Positions 23,195-37,357 of a DNA stretch of 64,000 bases are shown one piece after another. A program made the position numbers and the translations under genes. The DNA is from Octopus bimaculoides. Its lineage: Eukaryota. The stretch is from contig NC_068982.1 in assembly GCF_001194135.2 (NCBI RefSeq), forward strand, positions 172,743,677-172,807,676, given 5' to 3'. The notes under the pieces are model-generated. The model saw only the letters and a list, made by a program, of their open reading frames with translations, had not been told where the DNA came from and ran no database searches. Positions within the stretch are counted from its first letter, which is position 1; the number at the start of each line of letters is the position of its first letter.

Positions 23195-24409
23195 GGTTGT
23201 AGTAGTTGTGATATCTATTTGTCACTCTGTTTATCATTTTCTCTCATGCTCTTTCATGTCCTGTCCCACCCTGGCAGAAATTCCATGTCAACTTGACATA
23301 GTGTTGTGTAGGTACATAAATACTCGTGTATATATAATATCGTTATCATTTAATATCCACTTTTCCATGTTTTTTGTGGGTCAGATAGAATTTTTGCCCT
23401 TCCTGTTAAAAAACTCTTACCTGTTTCCACGCAAGGAAAATACACTATTGAGATAGATGTTGGTCTGTCTGAAACGATTGTAGAAAATACTTACCCGAGG
23501 TACCATGCATTAGAATTGAACCTAGATCCACAGGGTTAGAAAGCAGATTTCTTAACAGTACAAACTATGCCTGTCTCTTTCTATATAATTATTTCAGGCA
23601 TGTTTGTGTATTGACAAATAGAAAATATATGTTCACTGGTCTGTGCATGTACTTTTATGTGATGTGTGTGCATTTATCATTCATTCATTCATTTGTTCAT
23701 AAATATGCACACACACACTCACACACACATATATACACACACATGCATACACATTATTGTCCAAATTTTACAAGTGATCTTATTTCGCATTGTCTGCAAT
23801 GCTACCCCTACCAGCTTCTATTTACCTCTTTGTTTCCCACTCCTTTTCCTGTCCCCCCCCACCACAATTTACCCACCACTACCCAATGTCATTTGACCTT
23901 TAGCTGTTTGTTATTACTTCTTGTTATCATGAGGAGAAGGACCTTTACCCCCCAATGTTCCTGTCCCCGTTTTTTTCCCTGCTATCATGTCTTCTCCATA
24001 CATCCTCGATCTCTTTCATTTCTTCCTTATCTCTCTCTCTCTCTCTCCTCCTACCATCATCACTATACTACTGCTTTTTTCCTAACATGGGTGCAAGGCC
24101 ACGGGAGAGAGAGGGAGAGAGGTTCCAGCCCATTAAAGATTGAATCAATAACTCTACTTTTATTTTATCCATCGAAGAAGGATGAAAAGCAAAGCTGACC
24201 TTGTGGGGGGACTTGAATTCAGATATTAAAAAGGGCATAACTAAATATCACAAGGCATTATGCCAACACAATTATGATAATTATTATTCTTATTATTAAT
24301 CATTGGCCTCAAGGAGTACAAAAACATGTTGGACAACGCAAAGGACAAAGGACAGTGGGGATTACATAGAAACATAACTAATAAAACAATTACAATTTGC
24401 ATAATAAAG

Positions 24410-25020
24410 GTTCCTAATTTAGGCATATATGGCCAACAATTTTGATTGGGGGGATTAAAGCAATACAATGAACTTTTTCCTTGATTGATTGATACTTTAA
24501 TGTATCAACCCTGAAAGGATGAAAGGCAAGGGTATGTTTTGAACCCAGACTATAAAAAAGCCAGAATAAATGCTACAAAAACCGTTTTTCAAACACTCCA
24601 ACATTTTCACCAAGCTGGTGCCCTGATGTTGATGATGATAATGACAGCAGTAATAATTGTTTTTCATTTAGGCATAAAACTAGCAATGTTTTAGGGGAAA
24701 GAGTTAGTCTCGTCCCCAGTACTCGATTAGTGCTTTATTCTGTTGGTCTAAGAAAGATGAAAGATTAAGGCAGCCTTCACAAGATTCAAACTCAAGACAT
24801 GAGCTGGAAAAACTGCCGCAAGTCATTTCATCAAACATTCTAAGGAATCTACAAATTTTCTCTCTCTCTCTCTCTCTCATAGGCACGAGTCTAGAAATAT
24901 AAGTAAATTGGCCCCAGTACTTTGACTGTTCTCTTTATATAGGCAAAGTTGATCATGTTGGGATTTGAACTCAGAATATAAGAGGCTGTAGTAAAAATAA
25001 CATGAGCCATTTGATTGATA
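24410..25020 (-). mobile_element. Cluster of about 3 degraded SINE family C copies
   Basis: Repeated CCCCAGTAC..., CCCTGAAAGGATGAAAGGC and TTTGAAC(C/T)CAGA motifs. Confidence 0.65.
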
Positions 25021-26155
25021 TTTAATTAATAATAATTAGAAGGATGATGATGATTAGTAGTGCTGCTTCTATGTTCTCTCTCCCCAAATTTGGTATTTCC
25101 TTCCATTCTGACAACAGAGTCTTCCTGAAATATTAAACTTTTCTCTTCCTGAATGGCATAAAATTTATTCCACATTTTGAACTGGATTGACAGAATTGGT
25201 TGAACATACGAGAAGTATGCCTTGCAAGTTTTCAGTTATGACTGAATTCTTTACTTTCTTGGTTCAACTCCTGCCAGTATTGACTTTTTGGCTTGCATAA
25301 AACGTCCAAGTCCAGTATTGGAGCTAATTTAATCAAAAATGCATACCCTACTCTGAGATTTCTGAGGCCTTATGCCTCGGGTAGAAATTAATTTCCTACA
25401 CTGAAGTTTCTGTCACCATCAGTCATTCCAGCATGGATGGTGGAGGAGCATCTACAGGAATACTAACAAATTCTTCTCCTATTGGAAATGTATTCAATCC
25501 TGGATGCACTTGTCTGAAGAAAAGAATGAATAGTCATGGCTAGGTTTCTTTTCAAGATCTTAATTCTGCTCAAATCAAAGCACTGCTTTAGAGGAAATAT
25601 AATAACAACAACACTAGCCACTCCAGTTGACTGTAAATAGTACCACTACTTATATCCTGTAGCAGTAAACTACTACCACCACCACCACATCCACCACCAG
25701 TGTATGTACACCAATGGCAATATGTACTAGAGTCAACACCAATACACTTTTGGATGTTTGGTATTAATAAACAAAGGTTGCTTACAATGCATAAAGGGAA
25801 AAAATGATTTAAAATGATAAATGAAAAAAAAAAAAGAAAAGATTTATACACACCAGCTGCTTCAGTCACTACCAACCACTGCCATCACCACCACCACCAT
25901 TATATTTTCAGTTACCTCCCACAGTGCAGTGCAGAATCAGCATTAATATCCTACCACTTCCACCAGTACCACTAGCTCCACAACCTTCACCACCACCACC
26001 ACCACCACCACCACCACCACACATTGCACTTTAAAAAACTTCACTGTGTTGATGGTGGTGGTCAGTTTGGTTTGATGTGGGTTGTTTGTGGTTATGGTTT
26101 GATTGGTTTTTCACTATAATTTAGCCACACACTTCCCCCTACTTATTACTTGTAC

Positions 26156-26192
<37 letters not shown>

Positions 26193-26359
26193 GACACTGA
26201 CTCATCACTTTTTTGTTGCATTTCATTCAATTTAGCCCCTACCCACATTCACTATTTGTTTCTTCCTGTCTCTCTATTTCTCTATTCTTGATCTCTAGTT
26301 CTCTCTTTGTGTCTCTGTCTATCTCTTTCCCTCATACATACATAGATATATATATATAT

Positions 26360-26400
<41 letters not shown>

Positions 26401-26890
26401 CACATATCCTTTCTTGTCCTTCCCATGCTTCATTTTTTTTCTATTTCCCTCTACCACCTCTCATCTCTTGTTACTTAGCTAAAAATGATAATTGCATATC
26501 CACATTGATGATGATGATGATGATGATGATGACGGTGTTGTTGATTCATAAAAAATTCATTCATTTTTATTATAAGCTCAGCCATAAACAGAATCTCATA
26601 ATGAATGCTTTACCTACCACCGACAATCATGAAAGGTATTGGGAGTAAGAGTTCTCCACTCCTGTGTGTGTGTGTAAATATATGACCATTATGTGTATTC
26701 CTTTCTCGCTACTGATGAGTGCAGTTGCTAGACAAGGTTAGCCGTATGAAACCTTTAAATATAGATTTCTAACCCCAGCGACCGTGCATGCACGCACACA
26801 CACACACGTACACATGTACACATCCAGTGTAGCCCATATCAAATTATAAGCTTATCTCCATATATATATATATATGTGTGTGTGTATATG

Positions 26891-26937
<47 letters not shown>

Positions 26938-26965
26938 ATGTATGTATGTATATATNNNNNNNNNN

Positions 26966-27120
26966 GTCCACTTTCCATGCTGGCATGAGTTGGACAGTTT
27001 GACTGAAAACTGGTAAGTCGGAGGGCTGCACCAAGTTCCAATCTAATTTGGCAGAGTTTCTACAGCTGGATGCCCTTCCTAATGCCAGCCACTCTGAGAG
27101 TGTAGTGGGTGCTTTTTACG
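26966..27120 (-). mobile_element. RTE LINE 3' end (5'-truncated)
   Basis: Highly similar to 63740-63900 (...CTACAGCTGGATGCCCTTCCTAA..CCACTCTGAGAGTGTAGTGGGTGC). Confidence 0.85.
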
Positions 27121-28044
27121 TGGGGGGTTAAATGATGGTGATGATGTGTGACACCATGAGGAAATATTGCCTCGTTTGAAAATAGACATGGGTTAGCAAT
27201 AGAAATGGAATTTGGCTGTAGAAAATCTGCCTTAAATTCTGACTCATGCAAAACAGGAAAAAGTGTATGTTAAATGACAATGATCTCTAACATCTCTACC
27301 AATTTATGTGGCACCAATGTTTTTGAATTAAATTCTGTAAATATTTGTAAGCAGTGTATTCTTCTTCATGAATGTTATAGATGTCATTGCTTCTCTGAAT
27401 TATCTCCATTGCCCTTTGACAGTTGCATAATTCTACCTCTAGCTGTGCATACAAATCTACGCCCACACAGGCACACACATTTCAGTACACAAATACTGAT
27501 GTGTGTCCTGAAACACATGCATCTACGCAGACATACAATTATGTGTCTATATACACATGCACAGCTGTGCAGACAAACAGCTGATAGGTATATGCTCACA
27601 CACAAGTACACATCTACTCCTTTCTCTCTCTCCCCTCCCACTCGCTCATGTGGATGCACCAGTTCGTGTGTACTTGTACTGCCCCACAGGCACAAACATA
27701 CTCATAAACCCAACACATAAATTTCTCTCTCAGGAAAACTTTAGATAGGTCAACTTAATCTGTGGCCTGGTTGAACATACGAGCTTCTTGAATTGTCATG
27801 AGTATTTGGGCAAGATGTTCGGTCTGAAGATAACTTCTTTCTTTCCTCTCTGTCTTGAAGACTCCGTAGAATCATAGGTTCTGCACTTCTTCCTCTNNNN
27901 NNNNNNGGGAGACATGTACTCACAAACACAAATACTATATTTTGTCTGTTCTATCCTTCTTATACAGTTTACTCCCACACACTCTTGTGCATGCAAATTC
28001 TTTCTCTCTCATACAGCAACACTTTCAGTTATATTTACATACCA

Positions 28045-28380
28045 GGTGCAGGCGTGGCTGTTTGGTTTAAGAAGTTAGCTTTCCAACTACATCTTTTCAT
28101 GCTCCGTCCCACTGCATGGCACCTTCAGCGAGTGTCTTCTACTACAGCTGACCAAGTCTTTGTGAATGGATTTGGTAGATGAAAACTGAAAGAAGCCTGT
28201 TGTATACATGTGTGCTTGTGTGTGGTGTTGTCTCTTTGTCTTAAATCGTGTGATAGCTGTGAGCAAGTGTTAGCATCATACAAGCAGAATTCATTGTTTC
28301 CAATCTTCCGAGACTTATCTGATCACAGGTAAATATTAACATAGTTGGAAATGAGTGAAGGTAGGCAACAAGAAGAGCAG
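28045..28380 (+). mobile_element. SINE family 'A' (tRNA head + TG core + RTE-like 3' module)
   Basis: GGTGCAGGCGTGGCTGTTTGG head, TTTGGTAGATGAAAACTGAAAGAAGCC core; 3' module shared with 50320-50700. Confidence 0.75.
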
Positions 28381-28885
28381 AGCATATGAACATAGAAAAC
28401 CTTGACAAATTCTATCTGATACATGTGAGCATGGAATAATGGATTCTAAATGATGAGGATGACACTATGTTCTTCCTACATTTCAAATACACCCCAAGTT
28501 CTTCAGAACAGTTATCTGTCACTACCATCACCTCCACCTCCACCCCTGCTACCTACCCATCAAATCTGTGTTAGTCCATTCACAATCTCATCCATTGGTC
28601 ACAGACGATCAGACTTTTTCTTTTGGTCATTATATCAGTATTAAAAACCTTTTCCAGTTGTTAGTTATAAATTTCCTTTTTTCAAATGACATCACTAACA
28701 TCAAAATTATCAGCTTCTCATTGTGCTAATTAGCTGCCCAATTACTGCTAATTTGCAATTTGCAGCACATTTCCCAAACTGTCAATTTCAAACAGGATCT
28801 TGGCTGAAGAGACTGTTTGTTTTGCTTTTTCCACAATGAATATTATCATTTCACTTCTACTTTTTAAGCTGCCATGACATGGTTG

Positions 28886-28920
<35 letters not shown>

Positions 28921-28941
28921 ATATGTATGTATGTATGTATG

Positions 28942-28975
<34 letters not shown>

Positions 28976-29191
28976 TGTATATATGTATGTATGTATGTAT
29001 GTATANNNNNNNNNNNNNNNNNNNNNNNNNNNNNNNNNNNNNNNNNNNNNNNNNNNNNNNNNNNNNNNNNNNNNNNNNNNNNNNNNNNNNNNNNNNNNNN
29101 NNNNNNNNNNNNNNNNNNNNNNNNNNNNNNNNNNNNNNNNNNNNNNNNNNNNNNNNNNNNNNNNNNNNNNNNNNNNNNNNNNNNNNNNNNN

Positions 29192-29224
<33 letters not shown>

Positions 29225-29889
29225 ATATGTATGTATGTATATATGTATGTATATATGTATATATATATGTATATATATATGTATATATAATACATACGCA
29301 CACACACACACACACACACAGTAAATAGATAAATCTATATATATATATATATATATATATATAATGTGTCAATGTCTTAGGAACAGGGAGTACAGGGGAT
29401 GCCTGTATTTTTGTGTGGCAGTGAAAGCACTTTGAACATCCTCCTGTAAAACTTCATTGCCAAAATGAGTGAACATAGAAGCATTTTGGGACTGATTCGA
29501 GTCTTTACTTTTCCATCATTGCAGTTATCCAATTTCATTTATGTACAAATATTATTATTATTATTGTTATTATACCTGTGTTTGTTTCGATATTAGAATT
29601 GAAAAAAATCGACCACGTTTGTGAAAAAGTTTTCAATTTGGATTTGCACTCGTAAGCAAATTTTGTTGCTGCACTTCTGTGCATGTGTGTGTAGATATAT
29701 CATGGACCCTCCTGTCATTAGATGATGTATGAGGGTTCTGCAAATTCTTGCTGAACAACAACACAGATGATTTGTTTATAGTGATCAAATGTTTGTGTTT
29801 ATGTAAGTTCACTCCCTCCATCAAATCGACATTACCTGTACAGGTGCATGATGTACCACGGTACATGACATACCACATGTCAGATGACA

Positions 29890-30020
29890 AAATGTTTGCA
29901 GAGCAACATGAAATGAAGTACTTTGCTGAAGAACATAACACAACACTCTGTTTGGGAATCGAAACTATGATCTCACAATTGTGAGCGCAACAGCCTCACC
30001 GCTAAGCCATGCGCCTTCAC
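29890..30020 (-). mobile_element. SINE family 'D' head
   Basis: Reverse complement GTGAAGGCGCATGGCTTAGCGG...TTCGATTCCC; similar to 46236-46560 and 47100-47220. Confidence 0.75.
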
Positions 30021-30110
30021 ATACATTCTGCAGCTTTGAACCTCTTCTCCATGACTTCGCTTATCGTCCAAGACTCACATCCATACGTTAGCACCAATCA
30101 GATGTAGAAT
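30020..30110 (-). mobile_element. RTE LINE reverse-transcriptase fragment
   Basis: Minus strand VLTYGCESWTISEVMEKRFKAAEC matches the RTE motif LTYGCESW. Confidence 0.8.
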
Positions 30111-30239
30111 GGTAATATAATATATGATATAGTTTAGTAAACAGAATTACATTAGGAAACCTACACACATACACACACACACATATATCAAACAGTCAGG
30201 CAGAACCAAAACTTGGATCATTTAGTTAAATCAGTAAGG

Positions 30240-30470
30240 ATCCTGGTGAATTTGCCATGGGGAGTGTGTATGTCTTTGTCCCCTGCCACCACTTGACAAC
30301 TGGTGTTAGTATGTTTACATCCCCTGTAGCTTAGTGGTTCAGCAAAAGAGACTGATGGAATAAGTACCTGGCTTAAAAGGAAATAAGTAATTGGGCCAAT
30401 TCATTTGACTAAAAATTCTTCAAGGCGATGCCCCAGCATAGCCGCAGTCTAATGACAAAAATAGATAAAA
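30240..30470 (+). mobile_element. SINE family B 3' module, CpG-decayed
   Basis: Homologous to the reverse complement of 1179-1335, with most CpGs converted to TG/CA. Confidence 0.8.
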
Positions 30471-30983
30471 GATAGATATATATAATGTATATTGTTAAGA
30501 ATGAAAGTGGCATTTTAGAATTATTTTTCTTGCAGGCTCTATTGTCTGTTAAGTTGGGGTCGCTTTACTCAAACTACAATAACAACAAAGAAACCAAAAG
30601 AAAAACAAATGGGATATGGGTGATCATTAGTTACAGCCCACCCCTTTCAGCCCTGCTGCTACTGTTATTGTCACTATCACTACTACTACTACTACTACTA
30701 CTACTTGTAGTTTGTATAGGGTGGTGAGTGGACTGGCAGAGGACAAAATGTCTTCTGGTATTTATTTATGAATCTTCTCTTTATTATGCTCTGGGTTCAA
30801 ATCCTGCAGAAGTTCACTTTATCTTTGTGATAAAATAATTACCAGTCAAGTACTTGGGAAGTGCTGGGGGGGATTCCCCTCCCCTCTCACTCATCCCATC
30901 CATATCTTATCTTCCCCTATGGCCTTGCGTTTATTATGTTAGATAAAAATCACTATTACTCATGCTTGCTGTTGCTGCTGCTG

Positions 30984-31042
<59 letters not shown>

Positions 31043-31639
31043 GCCACCACCACCACCACCACCACCAAGATCTCTAAAATGCTGTAAGCCAGTTACCTTT
31101 TATCCAGTCAATTAGTCCGTAGTTAATAAGGCTTCTAGATTTGTGTGTGTGCCTAGTGTTGGCTAGATAGTTAATTGGTCAATTGGCTGGCTGGTTGGTG
31201 GTTTATGTAACTCTTTATCAACACTGGGCCCTACAGAATGCTTCCTGTGTTTGTCCAGTGCACAGTAACCAAAAGTAGAGTTTTCAGGCTTCTCTCACTT
31301 TCTCTCTCTCTCTCTCTCTCTCTCTCACAATTTTATTCTGTTTCTTACACCGTCTCTCTTTATCCATTTCTTTCTCTGTCTTGTCTCAATCATCTTTCCT
31401 TTCATTCTCTTTCTTTGTCCATTCTCTCCCCACTCCCCTTGAACTTTTACGGGGGTTTTTTTTTCTTTTATCTATTTATCTCCCCTCTTTCTCTTCCTCT
31501 ACTCTTTTTCGTTTCTTTACCTACCTTCCCAATTCTCATTAATGTTTTCTCTTCTCCATCTTTTTAGTATTTCCTTCTACATCCGTCTTCTTCCTTCTCT
31601 TCATGCTCTCTCACCATTCTTCTTCCTTCACCCATCATG

Positions 31640-31790
31640 GGCAAACTGCAGCCCCATGGGACACTCTGAATGGAATGTCTCAGACAAAAAATTACTTTGA
31701 ATCTTTTACTATTAGCACAGTCCACCTTAGCACAGACCACCTGATGAACCATGTCTCATATAGCCCGCTTCTCAAAAAAAAGGGGGGGGG
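31640..31790 (-). repeat. Unclassified repeat family 'E' (also 45975-46110 + and 63495-63610 +)
   Basis: Shared TTTT(G/A)AGAAG(C/T)GGG(C/T)T.. block followed by ..TCAA(A/G)GTAATTTT in all three copies. Confidence 0.55.
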
Positions 31791-31989
31791 GGAATGGCCA
31801 ATGCTTCCTCTACGATGGGGACGGGGATATTTAAAAACCAGATTTATAGAAACTTCTTTCAAAATTCTTATTTTGCTTTTCACATGTTCACTCATGTAGG
31901 TTGAATTATGTAAAATGTTAGGGACAAACCTAGCTGTTTCTTGCAATACATACCAATACATACATCTAAGGCAAAATATCTTTTCAGGG

Positions 31990-32200
31990 GCCTTTAGCTC
32001 TTTCCCATTCAAACCAGCCATATCCAGCCCAAATATTCTACCTGTCTTATGTTCAAACTGGCCAGATCAATCCAGCCTCTCACACCTACCCTGCAATGTT
32101 ATTCTGAAAATAAAACACCCATCCCATCAAAATCATGAAGCGTACGATTAATTTGCAACAATGTGAGTAAATGGCTATTACATTCGAAAGTCTGAATGCT
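31990..32200 (-). mobile_element. TTAA-flanked MITE (piggyBac-type), family 1
   Basis: Reverse-complement homolog of 58109-58326. Confidence 0.7.
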
Positions 32201-33561
32201 AAAGCAATTAAAATGCTGTTGTGGATTCCTAGTTTACTGTCTTTTTGCTTGGACCCCCAACAATCTTGTATGGACCCAGCAGTGTACCACTGCTCTGCAT
32301 ACTTCTCTACCAGTTTCCAATTATTTGTTTTTGTTCTAGCCAACATTAACCTCTCATTAAATTCCTCTCTCTCTCTCTCTCTGTCCCCACCTCCACACAT
32401 TTACTCCCAACCTTGACGCCACCATCATCCACGTACACCATACACTCCGCACTGTCTTATTGCTGTTAAGTTTTGTTACTTCAGACTGATTTGTTAAATT
32501 CTTTTAAAATTATTGTAATTACCAGCCCTTGCCAAACGAGTGTGTTGTTAGTGCGCTGTTGCTGTTGCTCGTTACTGTTGTTTATTGCTATTGTCACCTC
32601 CCCCATCACCCACATATCCCTTCCACTAGCATTGTCATCACCATTGTCGTCATCACCGTCGTCGTCATCATCATCATTACTATCATTGTCCACCTATTAC
32701 CATTGCTGTTAAGTGGTTCTGCTTGCAGAAGAGTGACTGAAGGAGAGAGAGAGAGAGAGAGTAGAGGCTAATAGAGAAAAAAATTAAATTTAGGAGGACC
32801 CNNNNNNNNNNNNNNNNNNNNNNNNNNNNNNNNNNNNNNNNNNNNNNNNNNNNNNNNNNNNNNNNNNNNNNNNNNNNNNNNNNNNNNNNNNNNNNNNNNN
32901 NNNNNNNNNNNNNNNNNNNNNNNNNNNNNNNNNNNNNNNNNNNNNNNNNNNNNNNNNNNNNNNNNNNNNNNNNNNNNNNNNNNNNNNNNNNNNNNNNNNN
33001 NNNNNNNNNNNNNNNNNNNNNNNNNNNNNNNNNNNNNNNNNNNNNNNNNNNNNNNNNNNNNNNNNNNNNNNNNNNNNNNNNNNNNNNNNNNNNNNNNNNN
33101 NNNNNNNNNNNNNNNNNNNNNNNNNNNNNNNNNNNNNNNNNNNNNNNNNNNNNNNNNNNNNNNNNNNNNNNNNNNNNNNNNNNNNNNNNNNNNNNNNNNN
33201 NNNNNNNNNNNNNNNNNNNNNNNNNNNNNNNNNNNNNNNNNNNNNNNNNNNNNNNNNNNNNNNNNNNNNNNNNNNNNNNNNNNNNNNNNNNNNNNNNNNN
33301 NNNNNNNNNNNNNNNNNNNNNNNNNNNNNNNNNNNNNNNNNNNNNNNNNNNNNNNNNNNNNNNNNNNNNNNNNNNNNNNNNNNNNNNNNNNNNNNNNNNN
33401 NNNNNNNNNNNNNNNNNNNNNNNNNNNNNNNNNNNNNNNNNNNNNNNNNNNNNNNNNNNNNNNNNNNNNNNNNNNNNNNNNNNNNNNNNNNNNNNNNNNN
33501 NNNNNNNNNNNNNNNNNNNNNNNNNNNNNNNNNNNNNNNNNNNNNNNNNNNNNNNNNNNNN

Positions 33562-33637
<76 letters not shown>

Positions 33638-34032
33638 ATATATATATAGATGTTTGTTCAAAGCTTATGAAACATTGTTACTCTGAGTTTTGCATAACCT
33701 GGCGTAGTAAGCAGATGAATTACTTCAGATTTCAATGAATAAATAAACTGTTAAATTTACTTTTTTCTCCCATTAGCACACCTAAGTGTGTGTGTGTTTG
33801 TTTGTCTGTGTGTCTGTCTTTCTCTCTCCCCTTCTCTCTCTATACATATATATGTTTTTTTTTTAATTTTTATTTACACTATTTGTATATAGTCATGGAC
33901 TGGTGATTCAGTTCGCCTCTGATTCCGTTAAGGTATGTGATGTTGATAAGCCACAAAATTAATGAAACAACGATGTCCATCACTCCTGAATGGAATCTAG
34001 GGTGAATTGTCTCACCAGTCTGTGACTTTCAG

Positions 34033-34119
34033 GTATTTTAGCTCCCAATGCTTTGATGGAGTCATCTCCACTGCACCAATTTGCAGCCTACTGGCAGACA
34101 AGCAAAGCACTTGCATTGA
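34033..34119 (+). other. Candidate 87-nt symmetric exon
   Basis: CTCAC..TGACTTTCAG| acceptor, TGA|GTATGT donor, length 3n. Two open frames: ILAPNALMESSPLHQFAAYWQTSKALAL and YFSSQCFDGVISTAPICSLLADKQSTCI. Confidence 0.35.
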
Positions 34120-34799
34120 GTATGTGTGTTTTATAATGTTTCCGTATATAAAATGTCTACTTCAGTTTTTGCAATATTCTATAAAATATCTGGATATCTG
34201 TGACCTGGTTATTGACATACTATTACCGCAGTGACGCTGTTGTCATTGACCAATGTGGCAGTCTTCCTTTCTTTTTGACACTGGCTTTTGACACTATCAT
34301 AGATTAATGCACAAGTCCGTAATGTGTGTGTGTGCATGTGCGCGCCTTTGTGTCAGTGTGTCTTATTTGGCTATCATGACTTTTTATGATGCAGTTATTA
34401 TATATTGAGTGTAGACAGGTATATCTAATTGATAAGGTGTTTGTCCATTGTTACAGTGGATTTTGTAACCTTTGTAATGGTTCTAAGTCAACCAGAATTT
34501 TATCTACCATTTCCAAATAGGCTGATCCCGCCCACACTTTCAGTTCTTCTGTCTCCACTCTCTTTTACTCATCTCACCCCCTGAAGGTTCACCCAGGCAC
34601 ACTATTACCTCTGTCTTCATTGCTTCCCAGTTTTGTCTTAATTATTCCCACCTTCTCTTCTTAAAATGTAACTATGTAGCCCCTCTTCAACAAGAAACCC
34701 GTTCTGCCTTTGTCCTTTTTCTCATGCTTCAAGTCCTCAACTCCAAGCATAACATAATTCCCCCTCTCTCAGTGTTTGTAGTTTTATAGTATTGTAACC

Positions 34800-34980
34800 T
34801 CGCTAGCGCAGGTGGCATGAGAAAAGTACGCACTACATGCTGTAAAGTCGTCAGTGTTGGGAAGGGCATCCAGACACAGAAAACATGCCAAAGTAGACAG
34901 TAGAATGCAGTTCTTGAACCCATTGAATTCTGTCAAACCATCCAGTCCATGCCAACATGTAACATGGATGTTAAATGATG
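34800..34980 (+). mobile_element. Old RTE 3' end
   Basis: GGAAGGGCATCCAG...CCATGCCAACATG...GTTAAATGATGATA. Confidence 0.7.
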
Positions 34981-35461
34981 ATACTCATGCATGTGTGTGT
35001 ATGTATGTATGTGTATATACATATAATAATACAAATAATATGTGAGTATATGCATATATTTGTACATGTATGTACATACCTACATCTACATGTATATATA
35101 GATGCATATCTGGGTACAGGACGTTACAAAAAAAAAGAAAAACGTGGACAAAATGAAAAACAACATAAACAGGGCACAGAAAACAAACAGGCCACATAGA
35201 GAATATTTCCTTCATTAGCTGCCCCTATTCTAAACTAAGCGTTTCGAAGAATATATATAATTTGTCCTTGTATCCATCCATTCTGTCTTCACTCACACAT
35301 ACGTATAACACAGAAATAATTTTTTCATCTGTTCAAAGAATTTTGTATTACTAATAATGTCTTTAATTTTTGACTTTGTGTTTTCCTGAGTATACACTCA
35401 CATGAATATGCCTCCATACACCCACACATATAAAATATTCTTGTAATATAACACAAATGTA

Positions 35462-35492
<31 letters not shown>

Positions 35493-36092
35493 TTATTATT
35501 ATTATTGAATGTGTATGTGATGTGTACATGTGGTGTGTGTTCTGAGTTTATATCCGGTCCAGTTTAAATTTGCCCTTTCTTCCTGTGGTTAGTAAAATAA
35601 TAATTACCAGACTAAAGTGCTGAGGTCAATTTAATTAATTAAAACACTTCATGTTGTTATGGTCGGAAAGTTTTTCTCTGCAGTTACGTGGTCCTGGTTT
35701 TCTTCCCACTGTTTGGCATCTTGGACAATATGCACATTCTTTTTTTTTTCTTTTTTGCTGCCCCCCACTCCTAAAAGCACTTATAGTTGAAATTTCATAG
35801 GCAGCAACTCTGTGAGAAACTGTTGTATGTGTGAGAGAGAGAGAGAGTGAGAGTGAGTGGCAGATATAAGTGTATTTTTGTAAATCAGTATAAAATGGTG
35901 TTATTTATGAAAGACTCTCGTGGTATCTACCACAGTATAATTTGTTCTAGCAGAACATCCATGTTTAAGTGAGCTTAAATATTACCTCTCCGTACTAATG
36001 CTGTCTCTGTTGCTAATATTCTTTTTTATTCTTTTATATATGTTTCAGCCTTCTTGAGGTTGTGGTCAAGCTGGGGCACTGCCATATATATG

Positions 36093-36123
<31 letters not shown>

Positions 36124-36704
36124 GTATATATNNNNNNNNNNNNNNNNNNNNNNNNNNNNNNNNNNNNNNNNNNNNNNNNNNNNNNNNNNNNNNNNNNNNN
36201 NNNNNNNNNNNNNNNNNNNNNNNNNNNNNNNTGTAAAACGGTGTTGAGCAGGCGTAGCTTGTTGTATCTGTTGCTAAAGGACCATAACTCAGTACAAGTT
36301 GAATTTACAAGACTGCTAGAGATAATAAATTCAGTATAATTTATTTAAACACTTGAGGTCTGCATGCTAGCACAGCCACACACAGTCTCATAACTGAAAA
36401 CAGTAAAAGCATGTGTGTGTGTGTGTGTGTGTGAATACACACACACATACTTATTCAGTGACATAAAAAATAAAACTATACATATATTATTTATATAACA
36501 TATACTAAAAAGTTTCAGCTGACTTGTGTGTGTGTGTTGCTGGCAAGCACTCCTTGCTGAATACCAAACATCCACTCATGATGACCTCAAAGCCGTAGCA
36601 TTGCTCCTCAAGTTAGAAGGAAAATATCTACAGTCTGTGACATTCAGTATTTCCTTCCAACATCAGTCAGCCAAAAAGTTTTCAAGTGAAGTTTGCTGCT
36701 GCTC

Positions 36705-36761
<57 letters not shown>

Positions 36762-36882
36762 TGATGATGATGTTGTCTTTATGTGGTTGAGAAAGTTATC
36801 CTCATTTTCGGATGCAGGAGAAGCAGATCTGTGTGGACTGCTTACTTATCTAGTGTGTGCATGTGTGTCTCTATCTTTCTAT

Positions 36883-36976
<94 letters not shown>

Positions 36977-37357
36977 TATAACACACGTGCATATACAATG
37001 AATAAGAAACCAAACCATGTTTCTGTTTCTCCATCTGAATTGCTGAGTTATTTAACCAGAACAACACAAACAACAGCCGTTTTGTTTCAGAGACAGCTAG
37101 GTTAATTTCTATGTTATTTGTATCTGTGTGTATAGACACACACATACACAAGCTTCTGCGTAGTTTCGATCTACTAAATTCACTCAAGGCTTTATTCAGC
37201 CCAGATCTCTAACAGATGACACTTGCTTAAAGCACTTTACAGTGGGAATGAACACAAAACCATGTAACTTCACATTGAGCTTCTAAACTGCACAGTCATG
37301 CCTGTTTCTATGTAAGTAATATAGCTGTCTATCTAGTCATATATATTCATGTGCCAA

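Noticed and set aside
23480-23560. Minus-strand GTAAGT donor
   Set aside because: It is a mutated SINE head position (GGCACCT(C/T)GGGCAAGTG).
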